From Delftia acidovorans NBRC 14950 (lineage in GTDB: Bacteria > Pseudomonadota > Gammaproteobacteria > Burkholderiales > Burkholderiaceae_C), in contig NZ_BCZP01000005.1 of NCBI RefSeq assembly GCF_001598795.1, forward strand, positions 90,001-122,000: a DNA stretch of 32,000 nt, written 5' to 3'. The translations under genes and the position numbers were made by a program. Position 1 is the first letter of the stretch. Each line of letters begins with the position of its first letter. The notes under the pieces were generated by a model. It searched no databases, was not told where the DNA came from, and worked only from the letters and a program-made list of their open reading frames with translations. Shown here in pieces: positions 15,601 through 26,661 of this stretch.

Positions 15601-15726
15601 GCGCATGACAACGATGCCGAGGTGGCGGGCTTTGTCACCGAAGCCGCCAACGTGCGCTACCTGGAGACCGAGCTGGCGTTGGAGGGTGGCGGCATCCACT
15701 GCACGACACAGCAGCAGCCGCGTTGA
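15601..15726 (+). pseudogene. 3'-terminal remnant of an agmatine deiminase / Porphyromonas-type peptidyl-arginine deiminase family gene
   Basis: Hand translation of frame 1 gives AHDNDAEVAGFVTEAANVRYLETELALEGGGIHCTTQQQPR*, with the stop at 15724-15726. GGGxHCxTQQxP is the catalytic-Cys C-terminal signature of that family. The frame is closed by TGA at 15535-15537, has no start codon and lacks the ~300 upstream residues. Confidence 0.5.
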
Positions 15727-16112
15727 TGCGCGCCTACGGCAATAAGAATCGTCTTAGCCTTGGCGGCGCAAGGCCGGGCAAGACTGGAGAGCGGTATATC
15801 GATCCGTTTTTTCCAGAAATGCAGCCAAAGAGAACGTCCCAGAAACTGTGCGACCCGTGCTACGAATTGCTGAGCAATACGAGCCTGTCAACGCCCCACC
15901 CCGGACTGAGGTTCCGCTTTTACTCACTGGAGCAGGACGCCAATTTCGTGAACTATGACTGCGTGCATTGCCAGGCGCCCCTGGCGATGAAGACAAGCCG
16001 GCGCGGGGCACTTCTGGGGTTTCGCCTGATGCCGTCCGAACCGTACTATCCCCTGGGTGAGGGGGACATCGAGGACGGCGGCCCGGCGCAAGGCCAGGCG
16101 CTAAAAGGGTGA
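15723..16112 (+). CDS. hypothetical protein with CxxC...CxxC motif (start uncertain)
   Basis: 129-aa ORF (TTG/ATG at 15723/15726; an internal ATG gives MQPKRTSQKL...). It contains CDPC and CVHC 39 residues apart, which could form a zinc ribbon. There is no clear SD and GC is lower than in neighbouring genes. Weak call. Confidence 0.35.
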   Translation: MMRAYGNKNRLSLGGARPGKTGERYIDPFFPEMQPKRTSQKLCDPCYELLSNTSLSTPHPGLRFRFYSLEQDANFVNYDCVHCQAPLAMKTSRRGALLGFRLMPSEPYYPLGEGDIEDGGPAQGQALKG

Positions 16113-16137
16113 CCGGCTTGTGCAGCCCGCAGGCCGG

Positions 16138-16791
16138 TCAGTCGAAGAGATGGTGCTCGGCGCAGAAGGCCGCCAGGTCCTGGTTGCTGTCCACGTTCAG
16201 CTTGCGCATGGCGGAGTTCTTCTGGAGGCTGACGGTCTTGACGCTGCGCCGCAGCCGTGCGGCGATTTCGGTGATGGACTCGCCATTGGCGAAATGCCTG
16301 AGAACTTCGAACTCGCGCGGCGAGAGGCTGTTGGCGCGCTCGGCCAGGAAAACGGACCGCTCCTGCCTGGGCGTGTCGGCCTGGAATGAGGGCGAATAGT
16401 AGCGGGCATTGAGGCGGACACACTGCAGCGCCGCCATGATCTGGGTGAGCGGCTCTTCCTTGAGCAGCACACCGGCGACGCCGGCGTCATACAGGGCCGA
16501 GATGATCATGGGATTGGAGACGGTCGTCAGCACCAGCACCTTGATGTCCGGGAAGTGGCGTATCAGATAGTCCACGTAGCGCAGGCCATCGCCATAGACA
16601 TCGTCGCCCGGCATGGAGTAGTCGGTCAGAACCACGTCCAGGGGGTTCGATCTGGCGTATTGCATCAAGGACGATGGCGTGCTGAACGTGGCCACGACCT
16701 GGAGATTGGGGTCCTGCTCCAGGAAGTCCTTGACGCCAAGCAGGACCACGGCGTGGTCGTCCACGACAGCAATGCGCAGTTTCAGTTTCAT
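16138..16791 (-). CDS. NarL/FixJ-family response regulator, RcsB-like (REC + LuxR-type HTH)
   Basis: 217 aa. IAVVDDHAVVLLG...VVLTDYSMPGDDVYGDGLRYVDYLIRHFPDIKVLVLT and LSPREFEVLRHFANGESITEIAARLRRSVKTVSLQKNSAMRKL closely parallel E. coli RcsB as I recall it (DLSMPGDKYGDG..., LSPKESEVLRLFAEGFLVTEIAKKLNRSIKTISSQKKSAMMKL). Confidence 0.92.
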   Translation of the reverse strand: MKLKLRIAVVDDHAVVLLGVKDFLEQDPNLQVVATFSTPSSLMQYARSNPLDVVLTDYSMPGDDVYGDGLRYVDYLIRHFPDIKVLVLTTVSNPMIISALYDAGVAGVLLKEEPLTQIMAALQCVRLNARYYSPSFQADTPRQERSVFLAERANSLSPREFEVLRHFANGESITEIAARLRRSVKTVSLQKNSAMRKLNVDSNQDLAAFCAEHHLFD

Positions 16792-16809
16792 GGGATCGCA
16801 AGCAAAGGG

Positions 16810-20067
<3,258 letters not shown>

Positions 20068-20087
20068 GGACGCCTTGCGTGCTTGGG

Positions 20088-21299
20088 TCAGGTGGGGTTG
20101 CCTTGGTGTCGGGGTTCGGATGCCAGCATAAGGGCAAATTCGCTGGCGGGCACCGCGGCGGACAGCAGATATCCCTGCACGCAATCGCATCCGATGCTGC
20201 GCAGCAACTCCAGGTCCTGGGTGGTCTCCACCCCTTCCGCCGTCACCGTCAGGCCCAGTTGCCGCCCCAGCTGCACCGACGACGTCAAGGCCGCAGTGCG
20301 CACCTCGTCACCTGCGGCGCCGGCCACGAAGGCCCGGTCTATCTTCAATTCGGTGAAGGGCGTGGAGATGAGGCTGTACATCGAGCTGTAACCCCGCCCG
20401 TAGTCATCCTGGGCCAGGCCGAAGCCTTTGAGCCGCAGGCGGCTCGCGCACATGTAGTAGTTGGCGGGTATGCCGACGGCCTGGTCCTCCAGCAGCTCGA
20501 ACGTGATGTTCTCCGCAGCGATGCCGCACCGGGCCGCCATGTCGTGCAACTCATCCGGCAGCCCGATATCGTCCAGCAACGGTATCGGCAAGTTGACGGA
20601 CACAGGCACGACATGTCCGGCACTGCGCCAGGCCAGGTGCGCTGCCATGGCGTCTTCCATCATGCGCACCAGCAAGGCATGGTCCAGGCCATGGAACCGG
20701 ATGGCGGACATGAACGAGCCCGGCATCATGAAGCCGAACTGCCGATCGTTCCAGCGTGCCAGCGCTTCCACACCGACGGTGTGGCCCGTGAGCAGGGATT
20801 TCTTGGGCTGGAACCAGGCCTGTATGGTTTTCTCCTCCAGCGCCTGGATCAGGTGTGCCTTGGCGAAAATCGGCCGTTCCTTGATGCCTGGAGCGCTTTT
20901 CCTCTCGTAGGCACGCAAGGACCTGAGTTGGCTGGCCAGGACCTGGACATGGTCCGCACCGAACGGCTTTTGAAACATCCCGATGACGGAAAAGCCGGAC
21001 TCCTTGGCCATGAGACTGACACTGTTCATCAACCGGCGCGAGCAGGAGCTGGATATGACGAGCATGGGATGCAGGCCGCGCTGGCTCAGTTCATTGATGA
21101 ACTGCAGGCCGTCCATGTCGGGCATTTTCAGGTCGGTGATGACGAGGTGGAATCCGCCATCGCGCAGCATTTGCAGGGCATCGCGTGCGTTGCAGGCAAT
21201 GTGCGTGTCCACGATTCCCGCCTCCATGAGCAGGCTGCGCGTGTGCTCGCAGCACAGGGCGTGGTCGTCAAGAATGAGTACTTTGAATGTCGACAGCAT
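20088..21299 (-). CDS. response regulator with EAL domain (c-di-GMP phosphodiesterase)
   Basis: 403 aa. REC: VLILDD...LVITDLKMPDMDG...VISSS...FQKP. EAL domain with all signature elements: EALARW, VSVNL, FELLED, AQDDYGRGYSS, LKIDRAFV, TAEGVET, QGYL. Confidence 0.92.
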   Translation of the reverse strand: MLSTFKVLILDDHALCCEHTRSLLMEAGIVDTHIACNARDALQMLRDGGFHLVITDLKMPDMDGLQFINELSQRGLHPMLVISSSCSRRLMNSVSLMAKESGFSVIGMFQKPFGADHVQVLASQLRSLRAYERKSAPGIKERPIFAKAHLIQALEEKTIQAWFQPKKSLLTGHTVGVEALARWNDRQFGFMMPGSFMSAIRFHGLDHALLVRMMEDAMAAHLAWRSAGHVVPVSVNLPIPLLDDIGLPDELHDMAARCGIAAENITFELLEDQAVGIPANYYMCASRLRLKGFGLAQDDYGRGYSSMYSLISTPFTELKIDRAFVAGAAGDEVRTAALTSSVQLGRQLGLTVTAEGVETTQDLELLRSIGCDCVQGYLLSAAVPASEFALMLASEPRHQGNPT

Positions 21300-21303
21300 G
21301 GGA

Positions 21304-23685
21304 TCAGGTCCTGCATTGCTTGATGTGGTTCAGGGTGGTGCGCAGCACCGCCAACGTGAATGGCTTGCACAGCAGGCTGTCGAAGCCGGCCGGCAGTCCG
21401 TCGCCCTGCCCTTGCGCCTGCGTCTGCCCTTGCGGCTGGGCATTGGCCGTCAGCCCGACGATCGGGCGGCCGTAGCCACGCTTTCTGAGCGCACGCGCCA
21501 GGGCCAGGCCGTCCAGCAGCGGCATGTGCAGGTCGGTGAGAACGGCGTCGAATTCGAGCAGGCCGGGCATGGACAGCGCGTCCTGTCCATTGCTGGCCTG
21601 CTGGACCTCGCAGCCCAGCACCTGCAGTTGCTCTCGCAGGATGATTCTGTTGATGGGGTTATCCTCGACGATGAGCACACTCAGCCCCATCGGCTCGTGG
21701 ACCTGGGGAACGGCGGCGTACAGGTCAGGGCGCGCGCCCGGCGCAATGCCCTGCTGGGCCATGCCCAGCGCCTGGCCCACGGCCAGCACGCCAGGCATGC
21801 TGGTTTCCCACACACGGGCCTGCAGGGTTTCGCGGGGAACCTCGCCCGGCGCCAGCGCCAGAACGCATTTGCCCGTCCATTGCGGACGGCGCACCGACCG
21901 TGGCCAGGCTTGCACCAGTACCGCCTGTTCATTGGAGCCCTGCACCTGCTCCCGGTAGGGCTGGGCCATGGCGCCCCAATGCCGCAGCCAGGCGCACAGG
22001 TTGTGCACGACTTCCGGAATGGCGCCATCCACGTAGACGGTGTGCGGCAACAGGCTGGGCACTGCCTCATAGCCTGCCGCGCTTTCGCGCGGCAGGCGCA
22101 GCTCGAATGACACGCAGGTCCCCAGTCCCGGCTGGCTGGCGGCCGTCAGCCGCCCGCCCATCTCCTGGCTGAGGCGCAGGCAGATGGACAGTCCCAGGCC
22201 CGCGCCCTGGACCTGCCGCTGCGTGGCCGCATGGGCACGGAAGTACGGGTCGAACAGGAAGGGCTGCTGCTCCGGATCGATGCCAATGCCCGTGTCCTGC
22301 ACCTGGAACCGCAGGTCGGTGCCTTCCTCGCTGTCGCCCATGACCTGCAGGCGGATGGCCACATGGCCGGAGAACGTGAACTTGATGGCATTGCCCACCA
22401 GGTTGTCCAGGATCTGCCGCAGCCGCAAGGCATCGCCCACCAGCAGGGGCGGCGTTTTCACATCGGAGACGGCATACAGCTGCAGCCCCTTTTGCTCGGC
22501 ACGCGACAGCAGGCCCGCGGCCACGCTGTCGAGCAGTTCGGTGGCCGAGAACGCATGGGCCTCCAGTTGCAGCCGGCCCGCCTCGATGGCCGACAGGTCC
22601 AGGCTGTCGTTGACGATGCGCAGCAAGGAGGCCGACGCCTGCTGCATGGCCCCCAGGTAGCGGGTCTGTTCGGAAGGAGCCCTGGACAGCGCCAGCAGCT
22701 CCAGCGTTCCCAGGATGCCAAAGAGCGGCGTCCGTATTTCATGGCTCATGGTGGCCAGAAACTGCGTCTTGGCCTGGCTGGCCGATTCGGCGCGCAGCTT
22801 GGCATCGACCAGCGCTGCCTGCGCCTGCCTGAGCGCCGTCACATCGCTGACCAGGCAAAAAACCACCGGCTCGCCTGCGTGGCTGGTGTGCGTGGTGCTG
22901 ACCTCCACCAGCCGACCGTCTCCCAGCACCAGCTCGCGCCGGCCTTCCTGCGCGCCCTCGGCAACGGCATGCTCGAACCACGAAGAATCACTGCACACCC
23001 ACTGCCGCGCCAGTCCGTTGGACAGCAGCAGGCTGCGATCGCTGCACCGCACCAGCGCCAGGCCCACGGGTGCCGTGTCCAGCAGCTTTCGGCAGAGCGC
23101 ATCACCGGCGGCGCAGGCGCCTGCCCGGCTCCAGGCCGAAGCCGGCACGCCGCGGCGCAGCCGGCGCACGCACCATGCAAGTGCAGCCATGAAGGCAAGT
23201 CCCAGCGACACGGACCCCAGCAGCAGCCAGACATGGGCCCTGACCAGCTGCCGCGCGGGCTCCCAGCGGTCTGCAAGCCATCCGGCGTTGTTCGCGGATT
23301 TGCGCAGCAACAGGGATTCGGGAAGCGCCCGGCCTGCCTGCATCAGTGAATGGAGCGGCCCGGGCTGGCCCTGCGCTGCGCTGGCGCGCCACGGCCAGGC
23401 ATAACCGGCTTGCGTGTGGATGGCTGCGTGCGTGGCCCCCACCGCAGCGTCCAGCAGCAGGAAACATCGGTCCATGAAAAACAACTGAATGTCTCGCACG
23501 GGCACATGGCCCAGGCTGCGCGATGGCGTCGCCGGGGCGGTGTCGTCCCTGCCGCCGTGACCGGCACAGGCCAGCATGGCCATGATCGCCAGTGCAAATG
23601 CCATCAAATCACGCCGTGCCAGGGGCAGGCACAGCCTGTGTTGTATCGATCTGGAAGAAAACAAGAGAGCTTGAAACTGGCGCAT
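21304..23685 (-). CDS. hybrid sensor histidine kinase (sensor-TM-PAS-HisKA-HATPase-linker domain-REC, no Hpt)
   Basis: The ORF is open to TTG 23691; the first ATG is at 23685. Elements:
- H-box [13 protein letters not shown];
- [26 protein letters not shown];
- [14 protein letters not shown]...[12 protein letters not shown]...LTANA...LCKP.

The architecture is paralogous to the 16810..20067 kinase but ends right after REC. The stop is 4 nt from the REC-EAL start. Confidence 0.88.
21406..21441 (-). repeat. imperfect 18-bp in-frame tandem duplication inside the receiver domain of the 21304..23685 kinase
   Basis: ctgcccttgcgcctgcgt / ctgcccttgcggctgggc, with 14-15 of 18 positions identical. It encodes the Q/G-rich stretch [13 protein letters not shown], located between LTANA and LCKP of REC. 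Confidence 0.6.
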
Positions 23686-23720
23686 TGCCAAATCTTAGGA
23701 ATCAAAAGGAGAATTTGGTC

Positions 23721-23734
23721 TAAGAATTTTCTTA
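23721..23734. promoter_or_regulatory. RcsAB-box-like palindrome 1 (TAAGAATTTTCTTA)
   Basis: 6-bp inverted arms TAAGAA/TTCTTA with a 2-bp spacer. It matches 12/14 positions of the enterobacterial RcsAB box as I recall it (TaAGaatatTCctA). It lies ~30-35 bp upstream of the kinase start (23685/23691) in an AT-rich divergent intergenic region. Confidence 0.45.
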
Positions 23735-23841
23735 ATACTGAAACCTCTTGCACGCCGCCTCGCCAAAGAGCGATTTCAAGCATCGATCCGCCATCGGAAA
23801 ATCGTCAACTCTCTTTGAAGATGCCATAATTCCTGTCACTT

Positions 23842-23855
23842 TAAGAAAATTCTTA
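23842..23855. promoter_or_regulatory. RcsAB-box-like palindrome 2 (TAAGAAAATTCTTA)
   Basis: Same arms as palindrome 1; they extend to 7 bp (TTAAGAA/TTCTTAA, 23841-23856). It is the reverse complement of site 1 and matches 12/14 positions of the recalled consensus. It lies ~187 bp upstream of ATG 24042. Confidence 0.45.
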
Positions 23856-24041
23856 AACCAATATTCCGATGCCCTGGAGATCATTGCCGGATTGATTCAT
23901 CGACAAAGGCTGCTCCGTTTCTGACCACCCCTGTGATATTGCACACAGACGTCGCGCATGCAGAATGCCAGCGCTATTTCACGTCCTGTATTGCGCAATA
24001 TCCAGAATGCGTTTCGGCAGCCCATTTCAGGGGAAGTAAAA

Positions 24042-26309
24042 ATGGCAATGAGGATATACAGGCGACGATTCACTATCAGGCCGGCAAGCAGGCCACTGCG
24101 CCTGCTCGCCCTGGCGTTGCTCTTGCAAGGCTGTGTCGCCACGGCCCATGCATGGACCGTCGTGGTGGACAGCGCCGCCGACGCAAGCGGCCCGTGCGCC
24201 AGCACCGGCCTGGGACCCTGCTCCCTGCGCGACGCCATCACCTACGCCAACGCCAACCGCAACAAAGGGGGCGACAACCGCATCGAGTTCAGCATCGGTG
24301 CGGGGGGAGAGCAGACCATCGTCACCCAAAGCAACTGGAATGGCAGCCTCATGCAGCCCATTGCACCGGCCACATCGCTGACGGTGGACGCCAGCACGCA
24401 ACCCGGCTATGAGGACCACTTGCCACGCCGCCCCCTGATCACGCTGCAGGCAGGCAGCTCCGAGTTCGGTACAGGGCTCGAGCTGGCAGGCGCCATCACG
24501 GTGCGGGGTCTGGCGATAGGCGGCTTCAACACGGCCCTGGCGGTGACAGGCGACGGCAACACCGTGCTGGGCTGCCATATAGGCGTTGACGCATCGGGAA
24601 CGGTCGCCATGGGTAATCGCAGCAACATCCTTGTCAACTCCGGCAACCGCAACCGCATCGGTAATCTGGATATTGGCGGACGAAATGTCATTTCCGCGGC
24701 GGAAAATTCCGGAATATGGCTTTCCTGGCCGGGCGTCGGTACAGAAAACATCATTCAGGGAAATTACATAGGCACCGATATCACCGGCAATGTGGCGCTG
24801 GGAAACCAGGGAAACGGCATCAGCGTGGCATCCGAATTTACCGGCACGCTGATCGACAGCAACCTCGTCTCCGGCAATGTCAGGGAAACCGGTGGTTCAT
24901 CCGGGATTTCCATTTCCGGCTCGCACACGCTGGTGACCCGCAACCGTGTCGGGACCAATGCAGCCGGCACGGCCATGATTGCCAACAATGGGCCAGGCAT
25001 TGCCGTATTCTTTTCGCCGGAAGGCGGACATCGCATTGGCACAGGCCCTGAAGACGGCAACCTGGTTGCCGGAAACAAGGAAACGGCCATTGAATTGAAT
25101 GGAAACTACGCCGCACGCAACTCGAATACCCTGATTGCCGGGAATATCGTGGGAACCAGCCTGGATGCCAGCACCATGCTGCCCAATCAATGGGGCATCG
25201 TCATCAAGGATTCGGACGAGGTGACCGTGCGCGGAAACATCGTCGGTGGCAGCAAGGCGTCCGGCATACAGTTCCAGGGCGCCGGCAAGAACAACCTCGT
25301 GCAGGGCAACTACGTGGGCGTCAGTCCCCAGGGAACCGCCTTGCCCAATGGGGAAGGCGTTTCCTTTTTCCAGAAGGCCCATGACACCCTGGTCGGCGGT
25401 GACGACGCGGCACATGCCAACGTGATTGCGCACAACAGGCTGTTCGGCGTGGGATTGCGGGGGGACGAAGTCAAGGGCGTCTCCATGCTCGGCAATGCCA
25501 TCTACGGCAATACCGAGGGAGGCATCGCACGAACCAGCCTGGCCAACGGAGATCCTGCCGATCCGGTGCTGCTCACGGTGACGCCCGACGGCCTGTCCGG
25601 CACGCTGGACAGCGTCGCCAACGAGAGCATGCGCATCGAGTATTTCTCGACGCCCAGGCTGCCCGACGGGCTGGTGGAGCGCGCCGCCGGCAAGGTTCTG
25701 CTGGGCTCGCAGACCGTGACCACCGATGCATCCGGCCATGCGCCTTTGGTGTTCAAGGGCGCCATGCCCCCGGGCGACCAGGCCGCTGTCACGGCGACCG
25801 CCACCCGGATTTCCACCGGCGACACCTCGCGCTTTTCCAACGCGATGGCGGCCAACGCCGCCCCCGTGGCGCTGCCGCAAGCCGTCACGACGCCGCAGGA
25901 TACGGCGCTGTCCATCACCCTTGCCGGCACGGACTTCGAGTCGGACCCGCTGCGCTTCGAGATCACCGCCGGCCCCGCCCATGGCGTCATCAGCGGCTTC
26001 GATCCCCAGACGGGCGCGCTGGTCTACACGCCGGCGGCCGGCTACTCCGGGCCCGATACCTTCGCCTTCACGGTATCCGACGGGCACCAGAGCGCTGCCG
26101 CACCGGCAGCCGTGTCCATCGAGGTGGTCGCTGCCGATCCTCCCGATCCCGGCCCGGGCACCGATCCCGGTCCGGGCACGGACCCAGGACCCGGTCCCGG
26201 CCCCGGAAATGTCCAGGCCGTTCCCGGCCTGGGCAAGGGCGGCATGCTGGCGCTGCTGTGCGGCATGGCCTATCTGGCCAGCCGCAGGATGAGGAAAAGG
26301 CAGGCCTGA
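24042..26309 (+). CDS. secreted right-handed parallel beta-helix repeat protein with cadherin/Ig-like domain and IPTL-CTERM-like sorting tail
   Basis: The ORF track starts at 23958. I prefer ATG 24042 (GGGGAAG SD), giving MAMRIYRRRFTIRPASRPLRLLALALLLQGCVATAHA (signal peptide). Further elements:
- many PbH1-type repeats (N.I.GN.IG.D..G....GN...GI);
- a VALPQAVTTPQDTALSITLAGTDFESDPLRFEI...GALVYTPAAGYSGPDTFAFTVSDG module;
- a PG-rich linker;
- the C-terminus VPGLGKGGMLALLCGMAYLASRRMRKRQA. Confidence 0.88.
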   Translation: MAMRIYRRRFTIRPASRPLRLLALALLLQGCVATAHAWTVVVDSAADASGPCASTGLGPCSLRDAITYANANRNKGGDNRIEFSIGAGGEQTIVTQSNWNGSLMQPIAPATSLTVDASTQPGYEDHLPRRPLITLQAGSSEFGTGLELAGAITVRGLAIGGFNTALAVTGDGNTVLGCHIGVDASGTVAMGNRSNILVNSGNRNRIGNLDIGGRNVISAAENSGIWLSWPGVGTENIIQGNYIGTDITGNVALGNQGNGISVASEFTGTLIDSNLVSGNVRETGGSSGISISGSHTLVTRNRVGTNAAGTAMIANNGPGIAVFFSPEGGHRIGTGPEDGNLVAGNKETAIELNGNYAARNSNTLIAGNIVGTSLDASTMLPNQWGIVIKDSDEVTVRGNIVGGSKASGIQFQGAGKNNLVQGNYVGVSPQGTALPNGEGVSFFQKAHDTLVGGDDAAHANVIAHNRLFGVGLRGDEVKGVSMLGNAIYGNTEGGIARTSLANGDPADPVLLTVTPDGLSGTLDSVANESMRIEYFSTPRLPDGLVERAAGKVLLGSQTVTTDASGHAPLVFKGAMPPGDQAAVTATATRISTGDTSRFSNAMAANAAPVALPQAVTTPQDTALSITLAGTDFESDPLRFEITAGPAHGVISGFDPQTGALVYTPAAGYSGPDTFAFTVSDGHQSAAAPAAVSIEVVAADPPDPGPGTDPGPGTDPGPGPGPGNVQAVPGLGKGGMLALLCGMAYLASRRMRKRQA
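26148..26207 (+). repeat. 18-bp tandem repeat / low-complexity stretch encoding (PGPGTD)2-PGPGPGPG linker
   Basis: cccggcccgggcaccgat / cccggtccgggcacggac, followed by ccaggacccggtcccggccccgga. It sits between the Ig-like domain and the C-terminal sorting signal. Confidence 0.7.
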
Positions 26310-26343
26310 GCCTGCGGCGAGCGCAGAGGTCCCCGCGCAAACG

Positions 26344-26661
26344 TCAGGCCGGCAGCCAGCGCAGCCAGCTCGGCCGCCAGGTCAGGGTGAAGGCAATGGC
26401 CAGGGCGGCAGCGGCCAGCGTCATGATCCAGACCAGGGAGGCCATGGAGGCATGGTCCACCGCCAAGCACAGTCCCAGCGAGGCGGCCAGGCCTGAGGCG
26501 CCCAGCCAGCGCAGCAGCCTGACCTTGCCATCGGGCTGGGGCATGTCGCCGTGCACCTGCTCCCAGTGCACGTCCTTGGCCAGCGCAAACCAGCCCATGC
26601 CGGCCAGCGAGGCGGCAAAGGCGGCGGCCAGCAGCAGTGCGTCCATCAGTCCCTCAGACAT
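26344..26661 (-). CDS. DUF3325-family small membrane protein
   Basis: The ORF track extends to 26724. I prefer ATG 26661 (MSEGLMDALLL...) or 26646. It has three hydrophobic helices and the typical position downstream of a PepSY-TM gene. It overlaps the upstream stop by 8 nt if 26661 is used. Confidence 0.7.
   Translation of the reverse strand: MSEGLMDALLLAAAFAASLAGMGWFALAKDVHWEQVHGDMPQPDGKVRLLRWLGASGLAASLGLCLAVDHASMASLVWIMTLAAAALAIAFTLTWRPSWLRWLPA

Noticed and set aside
20079-23349. Long plus-strand ORFs (414 aa at 20079..21323, 375 aa at 20983..22110, 372 aa at 22231..23349) antisense to the REC-EAL and kinase genes
   Set aside because: Same reasoning as above. These are high-GC shadow ORFs opposite genes with clear catalytic signatures.
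23958-24041. Upstream extension of the beta-helix protein (ORF-track start at 23958), plus the analogous 5' extensions of the MCP (15464), kinase (20190), DUF3325 (26724) and glutamate-synthase-family (30505) ORFs
   Set aside because: In each case an internal ATG has a better SD and yields a proper signal peptide or TM start, or removes overlap with the neighbouring gene. The extensions are Arg/Pro-rich or cross AT-rich promoter DNA.
24897-26087. 396-aa minus-strand ORF inside the beta-helix protein gene
   Set aside because: The plus-strand frame has a signal peptide, regular PbH1 repeats and a sorting tail. The antisense product is Gly/Arg-rich nonsense.
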